A DNA stretch of 64,000 nt from an uncultured Acidobacteriota bacterium (GCA_963809485.1 CAWEJX010000020.1:288001-352000), one strand, 5' to 3'; positions 1-10,642 are shown, counted from the stretch's first letter. The notes: generated from the letters alone by a model not told the origin. Numbers and translations are program-made.

Positions 1-87
1 AATGTTTACCATGAGATCGAGGCGGAGCATGCTGAAATCGATCATCGGGAAGCTCCTCCGGATATAGGATTTATTCCGTCGGATTGA
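1..87 (+). CDS. C-terminal fragment of an upstream gene (partial, function unknown; probably part of the hopanoid operon)
   Basis: Frame 1 is open from the window edge (NVYHEIEAEH...FIPSD*); its TGA at 85-87 overlaps the ATG at 87 of the next gene (TGATG coupling). Confidence 0.5.
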   Translation, partial: NVYHEIEAEHAEIDHREAPPDIGFIPSD

Positions 88-1136
88 TGGGATCTATGGC
101 TGAAGAGATCACGCTGGTCACCGGCGCAACCGGATTCGTGGGGAGCCATGTGGTTCGCCGCCTTCTGCTCCGGGGCGACCGCGTGAGGATTCTCGCGCGC
201 CGCACCAGCCGCAAATCGAATATCGAGGCATTTGGCTGCGAGATCGCCATCGGTGATCTCAAGGATCAGACGTCGCTGCTGCGCTGCGTTCAGGGTTGCC
301 GGCGCGTCTTTCATGTCGCTGCTGATTATCGCCTCTGGGCCAGGAATCCTCAGGAAATCTATGACAATAACGTCGGGGGCACCCGCAACCTGCTTTCAGC
401 CTGTTGCGAAGCCGGGGTTGAACGGGTCGTTTACACCAGCACCGTAGGTACCATCGGAATGCGGAAGGACGGCCTGCCGGTCGATGAAGAAAGCCCCGTC
501 AAACTGGATGACATGATCGGGCACTATAAGCGATCCAAGTTCATGGCGGAGCAGGTCGCCCAGGAATTTGCAGCCTCCGGTTTGCCCGTGGTGATCGTCA
601 ATCCTACAACGCCAGTCGGCGCCGGCGATATCAAGCCAACTCCAACGGGAAAAATAATCCTGGAAACTCTTCACGGCCGAATGCCCGCATACGTCGACAC
701 CGGATTGAACATGGTGGGGGTGGAGGACGTAGCGCGTGGCCACCTACTTGCGGAGGAAAAGGGCTGTGTCGGGGAGCGTTACATTCTGGGCGGTGAAAAT
801 TGGACACTTGAGGAAATTCTGGAGTGCGTATCGCGTATTTGCGGCAAACACACGGCGCGCGTAAGAATTCCCTGGACCCTGGCGCTTGCGGCCGGCTATA
901 TCGACAATACTGTCATGGGAACCTTTCTGCGCAGGGAGCCGCTGATTCCGCTCGAAGGCGTTCTGATGGCGCGCTATAAGATGTATATCAGCAGTGAAAA
1001 GGCTCGCAAGGAACTGGGCTATGACCCCCGGCCGGTGGAAAAGGCCATGCGTGAGGCGGTGGAGTTTTTCCTCCATGAATGGCATCCCGATTCAGCACAG
1101 GATCGAGTCTCGAATTTGCGGTCAACGACAATCTGA
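87..1136 (+). CDS. hpnA: Hopanoid-associated NAD-dependent sugar epimerase/dehydratase HpnA
   Basis: GATGFVGS Rossmann motif, FHVAADYRLW, YKRSK catalytic motif, PTPTGKII; lies in a cluster with hpnD and shc. Confidence 0.88.
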   Translation: MGSMAEEITLVTGATGFVGSHVVRRLLLRGDRVRILARRTSRKSNIEAFGCEIAIGDLKDQTSLLRCVQGCRRVFHVAADYRLWARNPQEIYDNNVGGTRNLLSACCEAGVERVVYTSTVGTIGMRKDGLPVDEESPVKLDDMIGHYKRSKFMAEQVAQEFAASGLPVVIVNPTTPVGAGDIKPTPTGKIILETLHGRMPAYVDTGLNMVGVEDVARGHLLAEEKGCVGERYILGGENWTLEEILECVSRICGKHTARVRIPWTLALAAGYIDNTVMGTFLRREPLIPLEGVLMARYKMYISSEKARKELGYDPRPVEKAMREAVEFFLHEWHPDSAQDRVSNLRSTTI

Positions 1137-1154
1137 AATAGTTCCAGCGTTCCT

Positions 1155-2261
1155 ATGAATATGCAGCGGACCGAAGTGCCAGGAAAAGATCCACGGAGCC
1201 CTTTCAACGGGCGTAAGATGCGGGCAGCCGTGTACCGGGGTCCGTCGAACATCTGCGTGGAGACCGTTCCCATTCCCGAAATAAAGGCGGAAGAGATCCT
1301 GCTGCGCGTGCATGCGTGCGGAGTCTGCGGCACCGACCTGAAAAAAATCGAGCATGGCCTGGTTCCGCCCCCACGCATCTTCGGGCATGAAATCGCCGGC
1401 ACAGTGGTTGCGGCCGGGTCCAAGGTCACGAAATTCAAAGTCGGAGACCGTGTAACGACGCACCACCACATTCCCTGCCGGAAATGCTTTTATTGCCGCA
1501 AGAAGCTTTTTTCCCAATGCGAGTCCTACCTGCGGACCGGGACGACAGCAGGTTTCGAACCTGCAGGCGGCGGCTTCGCGGAATATGTCAGGGTTATGGA
1601 TTGGATTGTGGACGAAGGCACGGTGGCCATCCCCGGACATGTGAGCTTCGAGGAAGCCAGTTTCCTTGAGCCGCTGAATACCTGCTTAAAGGCCTTGGAA
1701 ACGGCCGGGCTTGAACCCGGCGAGGTGGTGGTCGTATACGGACAAGGACCGGTCGGCCTGCTCATGATGCAGGCTGCCCGGTGCGACGGGGCGCGCGTAA
1801 TCGGGCTGGATTTTCTGGAAGGCCGGCTGGCGGTTGCCCGGGAACTGGGAGCCGCCGCGGCGCTCAATCCTGAAAGGGACGATGTGAGTGCGGCTGTCGC
1901 CAGGCTGACCGAAGGGCGGGGAGCGGACCTGGCAATTATCGCCGCTGCAAATCCGCGCGCCATAGAAGATGCGCAGGGCATCATCCGGAGGGGCGGCCGG
2001 GTGCTGCTGTTCGCGCAGACGGTTCCCGGCGAGAGGATCTCGGTCGATGCGTCCCGCATATGCGTGGAGGAAAAGAGACTGATCGGCAGTTACAGCGCTT
2101 CGGTGGAGCTTCAGGACAAAGCCGCTCATCTGATTTTCACCGGCAAGGTAAACGTGGCGAGGCTCATCAGCCATCGGTTTGCACTGGAAATGCTCCCGGA
2201 AGGAATTCATCTTGCGGCGCATCCTTCGGAGCACTCGCTAAAGGTCGTGATACAGCCATGA
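1155..2261 (+). CDS. Zinc-dependent alcohol/polyol dehydrogenase (MDR family)
   Basis: CGTD...GHE catalytic Zn motif, CRKCFYC...C structural Zn motif, GQGPVG NAD motif; alternative start at 1218. Confidence 0.9.
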   Translation: MNMQRTEVPGKDPRSPFNGRKMRAAVYRGPSNICVETVPIPEIKAEEILLRVHACGVCGTDLKKIEHGLVPPPRIFGHEIAGTVVAAGSKVTKFKVGDRVTTHHHIPCRKCFYCRKKLFSQCESYLRTGTTAGFEPAGGGFAEYVRVMDWIVDEGTVAIPGHVSFEEASFLEPLNTCLKALETAGLEPGEVVVVYGQGPVGLLMMQAARCDGARVIGLDFLEGRLAVARELGAAAALNPERDDVSAAVARLTEGRGADLAIIAAANPRAIEDAQGIIRRGGRVLLFAQTVPGERISVDASRICVEEKRLIGSYSASVELQDKAAHLIFTGKVNVARLISHRFALEMLPEGIHLAAHPSEHSLKVVIQP

Positions 2262-3313
2262 GAGAATTGATTGCCAGAGAGAAGATGACCGCAGCCGTTT
2301 TGTATGGGAAGCGGGATGTGCGCATCGAGCAGATCCCGATCCCGCGCGTAGGCCCGGGGGAGGTTCTGGTCCGCATCAAGGCGGCCCTCACATGCGGAAC
2401 CGATCTGAAGGTCTACCGTCAGGGATTCCACGCGCGCATGATCGTGCCTCCCGCAGTGTTCGGCCATGAGCTGTCGGGAATTGTTGAGGAGGTCGGCGGG
2501 GGCGTGGAGAGCTTCTCTTCCGGGATGCGCGTCGTGGCGGCCAACTCAGGCCCCTGCAACGAATGCTTCTACTGCCAACGTCACCTTGCCAACCTGTGCG
2601 AAAATCTGCAGTTCATCAACGGCGCATACGCCGAGTTCATCAAGATACCCGAATCGATTGTCCGTCAAAACCTCCTGATTCTGCCCGACAACGTCAGCTT
2701 CCATGAAGCGGCTCTCGTGGAACCTCTGGCCTGTGTGCTGCGCGCCATCGAGAAAACCGAGATCGAGGAAGGGGACACGGTCGCCGTGATCGGGATCGGC
2801 CCCATCGGGCTGATGTTTGTGCAAGTGCTCAAATCGGCGGGAGCCCGGGTCATTGCTCTGGGGAATCGCGGCAGCCAGCTGACAATGGCGAGCGCCATGG
2901 GAGCCGATTACGTAGTGGATTCGACAAAATCCAACGTGGTGGAAGAAGTCCGCAAAGTCACCGGAGGCAGGCGCGGCGCCGATGTCGTGATTGAAGCCGT
3001 GGGATCCAAGGAAACCTGGCAGCAGGCCATGGGAATGGTGCGGCGTGGGGGAACCCTTAATCTGTTCGGGGGGTGCCCTTCCGGAACGCACATCCCGCTG
3101 GACAGCACCCTTATTCATTATTCCGAAATCACGATCAAGGCGAATTTCCACCATACGCCTCGCCATATCCGGGAAGCTCTGGACGCCATTCACCGCGGCA
3201 AGCTGAAGGCCAGAAGCCTTATTACGGGAGAAGAGCACCTCGCATCCCTGGGCACTGTCCTGGAGAGACTGCTGAACCGGAATGGGGACATCAAAATTGC
3301 CATTATCCCCTGA
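2258..3313 (+). CDS. Zinc-dependent alcohol/polyol dehydrogenase (MDR family), second paralog
   Basis: ATGA overlap with the previous gene; CGTD...GHE, CNECFYC...C, GIGPIG. Confidence 0.9.
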   Translation: MRELIAREKMTAAVLYGKRDVRIEQIPIPRVGPGEVLVRIKAALTCGTDLKVYRQGFHARMIVPPAVFGHELSGIVEEVGGGVESFSSGMRVVAANSGPCNECFYCQRHLANLCENLQFINGAYAEFIKIPESIVRQNLLILPDNVSFHEAALVEPLACVLRAIEKTEIEEGDTVAVIGIGPIGLMFVQVLKSAGARVIALGNRGSQLTMASAMGADYVVDSTKSNVVEEVRKVTGGRRGADVVIEAVGSKETWQQAMGMVRRGGTLNLFGGCPSGTHIPLDSTLIHYSEITIKANFHHTPRHIREALDAIHRGKLKARSLITGEEHLASLGTVLERLLNRNGDIKIAIIP

Positions 3314-3382
3314 GGAATTTTTTCGGGAAAATCCCGCTTTGTTTGCGGTCGCCGTCCGGGCCATGGAGCTCCTTAGAAACAA

Positions 3383-4327
3383 ATGAAACCGGAACTGTTA
3401 GCCTCGTACAAGTCTGCAGAATCGGTTGCACGCCGGCGCGCAAGCAATTTTTACTACTCCTTCAAGGTTCTCCCCCCGGAGAAGCGGCGCGCTTTCTGCG
3501 CCGTTTATGCTTTCATGCGCTATTGCGACGACGTCTCCGACGGAAATTCCAGTTTGGATGCGAAGCGTTCAGCCTTGCGGGAATGGCGCGACCAGATTGA
3601 CGCAGCATTTACCGGCAGCCGGGGAGAAAATCCCATTCTCCCCGCTTTCCGCGACACGGTGCAACACTACTCGATCCCCGCCCGGTATTTTCACTGGATC
3701 ATCGACGGGGCCGAGATGGACCTGGACATTTTTCAATACGAGACATTTGACGACCTCTACCGGTATTGCTTTCATGTCGCATCGGCCGTGGGTCTGGTTT
3801 GCCTGCAGATCTTCGGTTTCAGCGAAGATCGCGCCCGAAAATACGCCGAGCAGTGCGGCGTTGCCTTCCAGATCACGAACATACTCCGGGACATCAAAGA
3901 GGACGCGGATATGGGCCGGATTTACCTTCCGGCAGAGGATCTCCGGAGGTTCGGCTACTCGCCCGATGATCTGCGGCGCGGCATACTGGATGAAAGGTTC
4001 CGCGGGCTGATGGAGTTCGAGGAAAAGCGGGCGCGCGAATATTATGCGGCGGCGCGAAACCTTGTCCCGCTGGTCGAGGAAGCGAGCCGGCCGGCGCTCT
4101 GGGCCATGATTCAAATTTACCAACGCATACTGGACAGGATTGCACAGCGGCGCTACGACGTGTTTCGCGCCCCGGTGCATCTTGGCGGCGCCGAAAAAAC
4201 CGCCATCGCGCTGCAGGCGCTCGCCATGAGGTTTTCCCGAAAGGCCCGATACAACGGAGTTCGGCGTAAAGCGCAGAGGATAGCCAATGAGTGCTCGGAA
4301 AAATACAGTGAACCATCTAAAAGATGA
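3383..4327 (+). CDS. hpnD: Presqualene diphosphate synthase / phytoene-squalene synthase family (HpnD-like)
   Basis: SNFYYSF, YAFMRYCDDVSD, YCFHVASAVG, FQITNILRDIKED, GRIYLP motifs; directly upstream of shc. Confidence 0.82.
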   Translation: MKPELLASYKSAESVARRRASNFYYSFKVLPPEKRRAFCAVYAFMRYCDDVSDGNSSLDAKRSALREWRDQIDAAFTGSRGENPILPAFRDTVQHYSIPARYFHWIIDGAEMDLDIFQYETFDDLYRYCFHVASAVGLVCLQIFGFSEDRARKYAEQCGVAFQITNILRDIKEDADMGRIYLPAEDLRRFGYSPDDLRRGILDERFRGLMEFEEKRAREYYAAARNLVPLVEEASRPALWAMIQIYQRILDRIAQRRYDVFRAPVHLGGAEKTAIALQALAMRFSRKARYNGVRRKAQRIANECSEKYSEPSKR

Positions 4328-6287
4328 GGCAGCCCAATCCGCAGGTTCGGGGTCGGACATGAGGGACGCGGGATCCTGCGCCGCTCCGGATGCAGTGTTG
4401 CGCGATCAGGCACGACGGTCCCTCTCCAGAGCAACGGACTGCCTGGTCTCCATGCAGGATCCGTCAGGATTCTGGTGCGCCGAGCTCGAAGGAGACTCCA
4501 TCCTGCAAAGCGAATATATCCTTCTGAAATTCATCGTGGAACAGGAAAACGACCCTCGTCTCCCCAAGATCGCCAATTATCTGAGAAACCAGCAGAGGAC
4601 CTCCGACGGCGCGTGGATTCAATATCCCGGGGGCAAGCCTGATTTGAGCGCCACCGTCAAGGCCTATTTCGCTTTGAAGCTGATGGGCGACAGCATCGAC
4701 GCCCCGCACATGAAAATCGCGCGGGAGCTGATCCTCTCGCTGGGAGGCGCGGAGGGCTGCAATACCTACTCAAAATTTTATCTTACCGCGCTGGGCCAGA
4801 TGCACTACGACTGGGTGCCGGCCATACCTCCGGAAGTGGTCCTGTTGCCCAAATGGTTCTATTTCCACCTGGACAAAGTTTCCGCGTGGTCGCGGACCAT
4901 GATCATGCCTCTGGCTGTGGTTTCGAGCTACCGTCCCGTTCGGCAGCTGCCTGCGCCCCGGGGGATTATGGAGTTGTATGTCAATCACGACTACCTGCAC
5001 CGTCCATTCATCGGATTCGACAAGCAGCTTTTGAGCTGGAAAAACCTTTTCCTGGCAATCGACAGGGGGCTCAAGCTCTGGGAAAAAACCAACCTCAAGC
5101 CCATGCGCCGGAGCGCGCTGCAGCGCATCGAGGAGTGGATCCTCAAACGCGCCGACGGGAAGCGGTCCGACGGGCTGGGCGCGATCTTTCCCCCGATGGT
5201 CTACATCATCATCGCCCTGCGCTGCCTGGGTTATTCCATGGACGATCCGCGTGTAAAGGAAGCCACGCATCAGCTCGAACGGCTCATGATCGAGCAAGGT
5301 GACTGCATCAGGCTTCAGCCCTGCTTCTCTCCGATCTGGGACACTGGAATTGCCACCTATGCTCTCTGCGAGGCAGGATTCAATCAGGATCACGATTCCA
5401 TGCGCAAGGCGGTCCAATGGCTGGTGGGGAAAGAGTGCCGACATTTCGGTGACTGGAAAGCCAACGTGCGTCAGCCCGTGGAGCCTTCCGGCTGGTATTT
5501 CGAATTCAATAATTCCTACTATCCCGATGTCGACGATACCGGCATGGTCGCGATGGCGCTGCTCCGTTCAGGATGCGAAGAAGGCAAGCTTCCATCGGAA
5601 CGCGGAGTCCGATGGATCCTGGCGATGCAGAACGAAGACGGCGGATGGGCTGCCTTCGACCGCACGATCAACCGGCCCATCCTGGAATACATCCCCTTCG
5701 CCGACCATAACGCCATTCAGGATCCGTCCTGCCCGGACATTACAGGGCGAATGCTCGAATGCCTCGGCCACTTCGGTTTTCGCCCGGATCACGCCGCCGT
5801 GCAGAAAGCGCTGCAATTCCTGGAATTCGAACAGGAGCCCGAAGGTTGCTGGTTCGGCCGTTGGGGCGTGAACTACATCTATGGAACCTGGCAGGTCGTC
5901 TGCGGGCTCAAGACCTTGGGCGCCGATATGAGCCAGCCCTGGATCCAGAAAGCGGGCGCCTGGTTGCGCAGCGTTCAGCAGCAGGATGGATCCTTCGGCG
6001 AATCCGCCGAGACTTACGAGGATCCTGCCCTGAAAGGGTCCGGACCTTCCACAGCTTCTCAAACGGCCTGGGGAACCATGGCGCTAATGGCGATCTACGG
6101 GCCCCATGATAACGGAGTCTTACGGGGAATCCGCTACCTGCTCGACACCCAGCTGGCCTCGGGGACGTGGGATGAACCGTGGTTCACAGGCACAGGATTT
6201 CCCAGGGTTTTCTACCTGCGCTACCATCTTTACAGGCTGTACTTCCCGATCATGTGCCTGGGACGCTGGCTGAACGCGGCGCACTGA
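4287..6287 (+). CDS. shc: Squalene-hopene cyclase
   Basis: YPDVDDT (DxDD) catalytic motif, QW-type repeats (QNEDGGW, QQQDGSF), GRWGVNYIYGT, GTGFPRVFYLRYHLY; the true start may be slightly downstream. Confidence 0.96.
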   Translation: MSARKNTVNHLKDEAAQSAGSGSDMRDAGSCAAPDAVLRDQARRSLSRATDCLVSMQDPSGFWCAELEGDSILQSEYILLKFIVEQENDPRLPKIANYLRNQQRTSDGAWIQYPGGKPDLSATVKAYFALKLMGDSIDAPHMKIARELILSLGGAEGCNTYSKFYLTALGQMHYDWVPAIPPEVVLLPKWFYFHLDKVSAWSRTMIMPLAVVSSYRPVRQLPAPRGIMELYVNHDYLHRPFIGFDKQLLSWKNLFLAIDRGLKLWEKTNLKPMRRSALQRIEEWILKRADGKRSDGLGAIFPPMVYIIIALRCLGYSMDDPRVKEATHQLERLMIEQGDCIRLQPCFSPIWDTGIATYALCEAGFNQDHDSMRKAVQWLVGKECRHFGDWKANVRQPVEPSGWYFEFNNSYYPDVDDTGMVAMALLRSGCEEGKLPSERGVRWILAMQNEDGGWAAFDRTINRPILEYIPFADHNAIQDPSCPDITGRMLECLGHFGFRPDHAAVQKALQFLEFEQEPEGCWFGRWGVNYIYGTWQVVCGLKTLGADMSQPWIQKAGAWLRSVQQQDGSFGESAETYEDPALKGSGPSTASQTAWGTMALMAIYGPHDNGVLRGIRYLLDTQLASGTWDEPWFTGTGFPRVFYLRYHLYRLYFPIMCLGRWLNAAH

Positions 6288-6459
6288 ATGGGGATTTTCC
6301 CAGTCTTCGCATTCCCGGTTCGGGCGTTGGGTCGGAGTCGAATACCCGCGGACGCACGAATACCTCCAAACCAAATCGTGAATGATCGCAATTCCGCGCT
6401 TGTCGCGTTCCATGCGTTATGCGAAAATGCGGATCTTTCAATCCTGAAAGGGGACTGCA

Positions 6460-7512
6460 ATGAGCACGAAAATACCCGTGGGGGTCCTGGGCGCGACAGG
6501 CGCCGTCGGCCAAAAATTTATCAAGCTGCTGGAGGATCATCCCTGGTTCGAGGTGACTGAAGTCGCCGCTTCGGAGCGAACCTCCGGGAGACTCTATGGA
6601 GAAGCGGTTTCCTGGAAGCAGGTTACGCCGATTCCCCAACCTGTCCGCTCGCTGGAAGTCCGTCCCTGCACGCCCGACCTGAAGTGCCGCGTCGTATTTT
6701 CAGGACTGGACGCAGGAGTCGCCGGCCCCATCGAAGAGGACTTTGCCCGCGCCGGCTATTTCGTGCTCAGCAATTCGAAAAATCACCGCCTCGATGAAGA
6801 CGTTCCTCTGGTGATACCCGAAGTGAATCCCGATCACCTGGAATTGATCCCGATCCAGCGCCGCAACCGCAATTCGACCGGCTACATCGTCACAAACTCC
6901 AACTGCACGACGATGTTCCTGGCCATGGCTCTCGGACCCATCCACAAAGTTTTCGGCCTCGAGAAAGTTTTCATGGTCACGATGCAGGCGGTATCCGGTG
7001 CGGGGTATCCCGGAGTTCCGTCCCTGGATATCCTCGGCAATGTCATACCCTTCATCGGCGGAGAGGAAGAAAAGGTAGAGATCGAGACGCGCAAGATACT
7101 GGGCACATTCAACGGGCAGAGAATCGACCTGGCGGATTTCCCCGTCAGCGCTCAGTGCAACCGCGTTGCGGTGGAGGACGGGCACACGGAATCCGTTTCG
7201 GTGAAGCTGGTCCGAAAGACGACTGCGGCCGAAATTGCCGGGCTGCTGAGCGGATACTCCGGCGTGCCCCAGCAGCTCGGGCTGCCCAGCGCTCCCGAGC
7301 AGCCCTTCGTAGTGACGGATGCGCCGGACCGCCCGCAGCCGCGCTTTGACGTCAACCGCTGCAAAGGGATGGCAACCTTCGTGGGCCGCATCCGGCCCTG
7401 TCCGATTTTGGACTTTAAATTCACCCTGATGGGCCACAACACGGTTCGGGGGGCGGCAGGGGCTTCCATCCTGAACGCGGAACTGCTCAAGGCCCGGGGG
7501 TATCTGGGGTAA
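6460..7512 (+). CDS. asd: Aspartate-semialdehyde dehydrogenase
   Basis: GATGAVGQ, NSNCTT catalytic Cys, QAVSGAGYPG, HNTVRGAAG. Confidence 0.95.
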   Translation: MSTKIPVGVLGATGAVGQKFIKLLEDHPWFEVTEVAASERTSGRLYGEAVSWKQVTPIPQPVRSLEVRPCTPDLKCRVVFSGLDAGVAGPIEEDFARAGYFVLSNSKNHRLDEDVPLVIPEVNPDHLELIPIQRRNRNSTGYIVTNSNCTTMFLAMALGPIHKVFGLEKVFMVTMQAVSGAGYPGVPSLDILGNVIPFIGGEEEKVEIETRKILGTFNGQRIDLADFPVSAQCNRVAVEDGHTESVSVKLVRKTTAAEIAGLLSGYSGVPQQLGLPSAPEQPFVVTDAPDRPQPRFDVNRCKGMATFVGRIRPCPILDFKFTLMGHNTVRGAAGASILNAELLKARGYLG

Positions 7513-7515
7513 TTC

Positions 7516-8889
7516 ATGATAGTCTGCAAATTCGGTGGCACTTCCGTGCAGGATGCGGAAGCGTTAACGCGCCTGGTTGAAATCATCAGAGTGCGCCTGA
7601 AAAAACAGCCTGTGGTTGTTGCTTCCGCAATGGGAAAAACAACCAACCAGCTGCTTGAGGCGGCACAGACCGCCGCGAAAGGAAAACGTCAGGAGGCGCT
7701 GGATCTTCTTTCCAAGATAAAGGAGAAGCATCTCAGGGAAGCCCAGAAGTTCGGAATTGCGGTAACCGAGGACTGGGTCTTCGAGACGATTCACGCATAT
7801 TTCAAGGAGATGCGCGACCTGGCCAAGGGGCTGGCGGCGCTGGGCGAACTCACGCCCCGCATCACGGACGCGATGGCCAGCTACGGCGAGCGGCTCTCCA
7901 CCGCCATCCTTGCTCAGGTTCTGGAAAACCAGGGCATTCCGGCGCAGCTCATGGACGCGCGGCAGTGCATCATCACGGACGATAATTTCATGCGCGCAGC
8001 CCCGCTGTTCGACCTGACCGATGCAGCCATCGTCGAGCATCTTCGCCCCGTCATCCAGGCAGGCAAGGTCCCGGTCTTTCAGGGATTCATTGGCCGGACG
8101 CGGGAAGGGATCACGACCACCATTGGCCGGGGGGGATCGGATTACAGCGCAGCGATTGTGGGCGCCGCGCTGGACGCTGAAGACATCCAGATCTGGACCG
8201 ATGTGGACGGGATCATGACGACGGATCCGCGAATGGTTCCCGAGGCCCGGCGGATCAAATCCATCTCCTTTGACGAAGCGGCCGAGCTGGCGTACTTCGG
8301 GGCGAAAGTCCTTCATCCGGCCACCATCATCCCGGCCGTGCGCAAAAAGATTCCGGTTCATGTGCTTAACAGCTACAAGCCCGATCAGGATGGCACGCTG
8401 ATAACCGACGAAGCGCCGCCCTGCGAAAATCCCATAAAGGCCATCGCTTACAAGAGCGGCATCACCGTAGTCAACGTCGCTTCCACGCGCATGCTGATGG
8501 CCTACGGCTTCCTCAGAAAAATCTTTGAAATATTCGACCATTACAGGGTGCCCGTGGATGTCGTTTCCACGTCGGAAGTATCCGTGTCCCTTACGGTAGA
8601 TGATACATCCGCACTCTGGGATATCGTCACGGAGCTGAAAAAGATCGGCGAGGTGAATGTCGAGGGATCCAAATCCATCGTCTGCTGCGTCGGCGACAAT
8701 TTAAAAAATATCCCGGGCGTGCCGCATCTTGTTTTCAATGCGCTTCAGGACGTGAATATTCACATGATTTCCCAGGGCGCCTCCGCCATCAATATCACGT
8801 TCGTGATCGATGAAGACCGGCTGCCCGAAACCGTGCGCGGCCTTCACGACGCCTTTTTCAGGAAGGTCGACCGGCTCATCTTCGAGTGA
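7516..8889 (+). CDS. lysC: Aspartate kinase (lysine-sensitive type, with ACT domains)
   Basis: [29 protein letters not shown]. Confidence 0.95.
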   Translation: MIVCKFGGTSVQDAEALTRLVEIIRVRLKKQPVVVASAMGKTTNQLLEAAQTAAKGKRQEALDLLSKIKEKHLREAQKFGIAVTEDWVFETIHAYFKEMRDLAKGLAALGELTPRITDAMASYGERLSTAILAQVLENQGIPAQLMDARQCIITDDNFMRAAPLFDLTDAAIVEHLRPVIQAGKVPVFQGFIGRTREGITTTIGRGGSDYSAAIVGAALDAEDIQIWTDVDGIMTTDPRMVPEARRIKSISFDEAAELAYFGAKVLHPATIIPAVRKKIPVHVLNSYKPDQDGTLITDEAPPCENPIKAIAYKSGITVVNVASTRMLMAYGFLRKIFEIFDHYRVPVDVVSTSEVSVSLTVDDTSALWDIVTELKKIGEVNVEGSKSIVCCVGDNLKNIPGVPHLVFNALQDVNIHMISQGASAINITFVIDEDRLPETVRGLHDAFFRKVDRLIFE

Positions 8890-8943
8890 ACCGGCCGGAT
8901 GGGATTTTCGCCTGACGAAGGATCCCTCTAAGGGAGGAGACCT

Positions 8944-9645
8944 ATGAAAATTGCGTTGCTCGGATACGGCAAGATGGGCAAGATGGTGGAATCGCTGGCG
9001 CAGCGCCAGGGCTGGGAGGTCGGCCCGAAGCTGGATATCCAGGACAATGAAGGGGGATGCGGCATCACGCCCGCCTCCATGGCCGGCGTTGACGTTGCCA
9101 TCGAATTCAGCCAGCCCGCCGCCGTCATGCCCAACATAGAGGCTGCTGCCCGCGCAGGGATTCACCTGGTCATCGGGACCACCGGGTGGGCGGATCAGCG
9201 CAGCAGGGCCGAACAGGTCGTCCGGGAGTCCGGAATTGGCCTGGTGTACGGCGCCAATTTTTCGCTTGGGATGAATCTCTTCTTCGAAATCGTTTCCCAT
9301 TCGGCGCAGCTTATCGGAATGATGCCGCAATATGACGCTTATATCTCGGAAGAGCACCACCGGGCCAAAAAGGACGCTCCCTCAGGCACGGCTCTGAACC
9401 TGCTGGATGCGATGCGCCCCCATTTGAGCGATCCGAATCTCAGCATCGCCAGCGTACGCGCCGGCTGGATTCCGGGCACTCATGTGATCGGCTTCGACAG
9501 CGAGGCGGATACCATTATCCTGGAGCACAGGGCTCGCAGCCGCCAGGGATTTGCCGAAGGCGCGATCCTGGCCGCGCGCTGGATCGCCGGCAAAAAGGGA
9601 TTTTATGATTTCCGGCAGGTATTCCGGGAGATCGTGGGCCTATAA
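8944..9645 (+). CDS. dapB: 4-hydroxy-tetrahydrodipicolinate reductase
   Basis: GYGKMG, IGTTGW, EEHHRAKKDAPSGTA. Confidence 0.95.
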   Translation: MKIALLGYGKMGKMVESLAQRQGWEVGPKLDIQDNEGGCGITPASMAGVDVAIEFSQPAAVMPNIEAAARAGIHLVIGTTGWADQRSRAEQVVRESGIGLVYGANFSLGMNLFFEIVSHSAQLIGMMPQYDAYISEEHHRAKKDAPSGTALNLLDAMRPHLSDPNLSIASVRAGWIPGTHVIGFDSEADTIILEHRARSRQGFAEGAILAARWIAGKKGFYDFRQVFREIVGL

Positions 9646-9649
9646 TTGA

Positions 9650-9720
9650 TTCGAGATTTGAAATTCGAGATCCGATATTCCGTTCAGCGCGTCATCCCGA
9701 GTTTCGAAACTCGGATGTTT
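9650..9720. repeat. Short intergenic heptamer-type repeats (TTCGAGA/TTTGAAA/TCCGATA) with a hairpin
   Basis: ttcgaga-tttgaaa-ttcgaga-tccgata followed by ccgagtttcgaaactcgg; the same heptamer class recurs at about 26761, 48646 and 63550. Confidence 0.5.
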
Positions 9721-9742
9721 AATCCACTTAGAGGGGGAATGT

Positions 9743-10642
9743 ATGGGCAAGCTCGAAGGGCTTAAAGGCTGCGGCACTGCTTTGGTCACGCCATTCCTGG
9801 CAAACGGCAAGGTGGACGAAAAAGCGCTGGTGTCGCTGGTCAACTGGCAAATCCAGGAGGGCGTTCACTTCCTCGTTCCCTGCGGCACAACGGGGGAAAG
9901 CCCCACCCTGAAGCACGCGGAGCATCTTGCGGTTGTCGAAGCGGTTACGCGGACGGCAGCAGGCCGAGTGCCTGTGCTGGCCGGAGCCGGCGGGAACGAC
10001 ACGGAAAAAATAGCAGGCCTCATTGCCGAATTGAAAAAGCTCGGGGTGGACGGCATTCTCTCGGTCTCTCCTTATTACAATAAACCGACCCCGGAAGGCA
10101 TATACCAGCATTATCGCGCGCTCGCGGAATCCACGGACTTGCCCATTATTGTCTATAACGTACCGGGCAGAACCGGCTCGAATATACTGCCCGATACCCT
10201 CATGCGTCTGGCCGAAATTCCGAATATTGCGGGAGTTAAGGAAGCCAGCGGCGATATTTCCCAGATCGGCGAAATCTGCACCAAGGCGCCGGCCCGCTTC
10301 AGAATTTTATCCGGCGACGACTCTCTGACGCTGCCGACCATCGCGCTCGGAGGCCACGGCATCATATCGGTCGCCTCCAACGAAGTCCCGGGAATGATGG
10401 CCAGGTTTGCCGAAGCATGTTTAGAGGGGCGCTGGGAAGAAGCACGCACCTGGAACCGGAAGCTGTATCCCCTCATGAAAATCAACTTCGTGGAATCCAA
10501 TCCCATCCCTGTAAAAGCGGCTCTGGCCATGATGGGCAAAATTCAGGAAGTGTACCGGCTCCCGCTGGTTAAAATTTCCGAAGGGGCACGGGCAAAAGTC
10601 GCATCGGTACTCTCGGGAATGGGCTTAATGGCCGCGCAATAA
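9743..10642 (+). CDS. dapA: 4-hydroxy-tetrahydrodipicolinate synthase
   Basis: GTTGES, SPYYNKP, YNVPGRTG, GVKEASG, SGDD, NPIPVK. Confidence 0.96.
   Translation: MGKLEGLKGCGTALVTPFLANGKVDEKALVSLVNWQIQEGVHFLVPCGTTGESPTLKHAEHLAVVEAVTRTAAGRVPVLAGAGGNDTEKIAGLIAELKKLGVDGILSVSPYYNKPTPEGIYQHYRALAESTDLPIIVYNVPGRTGSNILPDTLMRLAEIPNIAGVKEASGDISQIGEICTKAPARFRILSGDDSLTLPTIALGGHGIISVASNEVPGMMARFAEACLEGRWEEARTWNRKLYPLMKINFVESNPIPVKAALAMMGKIQEVYRLPLVKISEGARAKVASVLSGMGLMAAQ

Noticed and set aside
6288-6459. Possible lysine riboswitch upstream of asd-lysC
   Set aside because: No recognisable L-box conserved motifs (such as AGAGGUGC) and little room for the full aptamer plus expression platform
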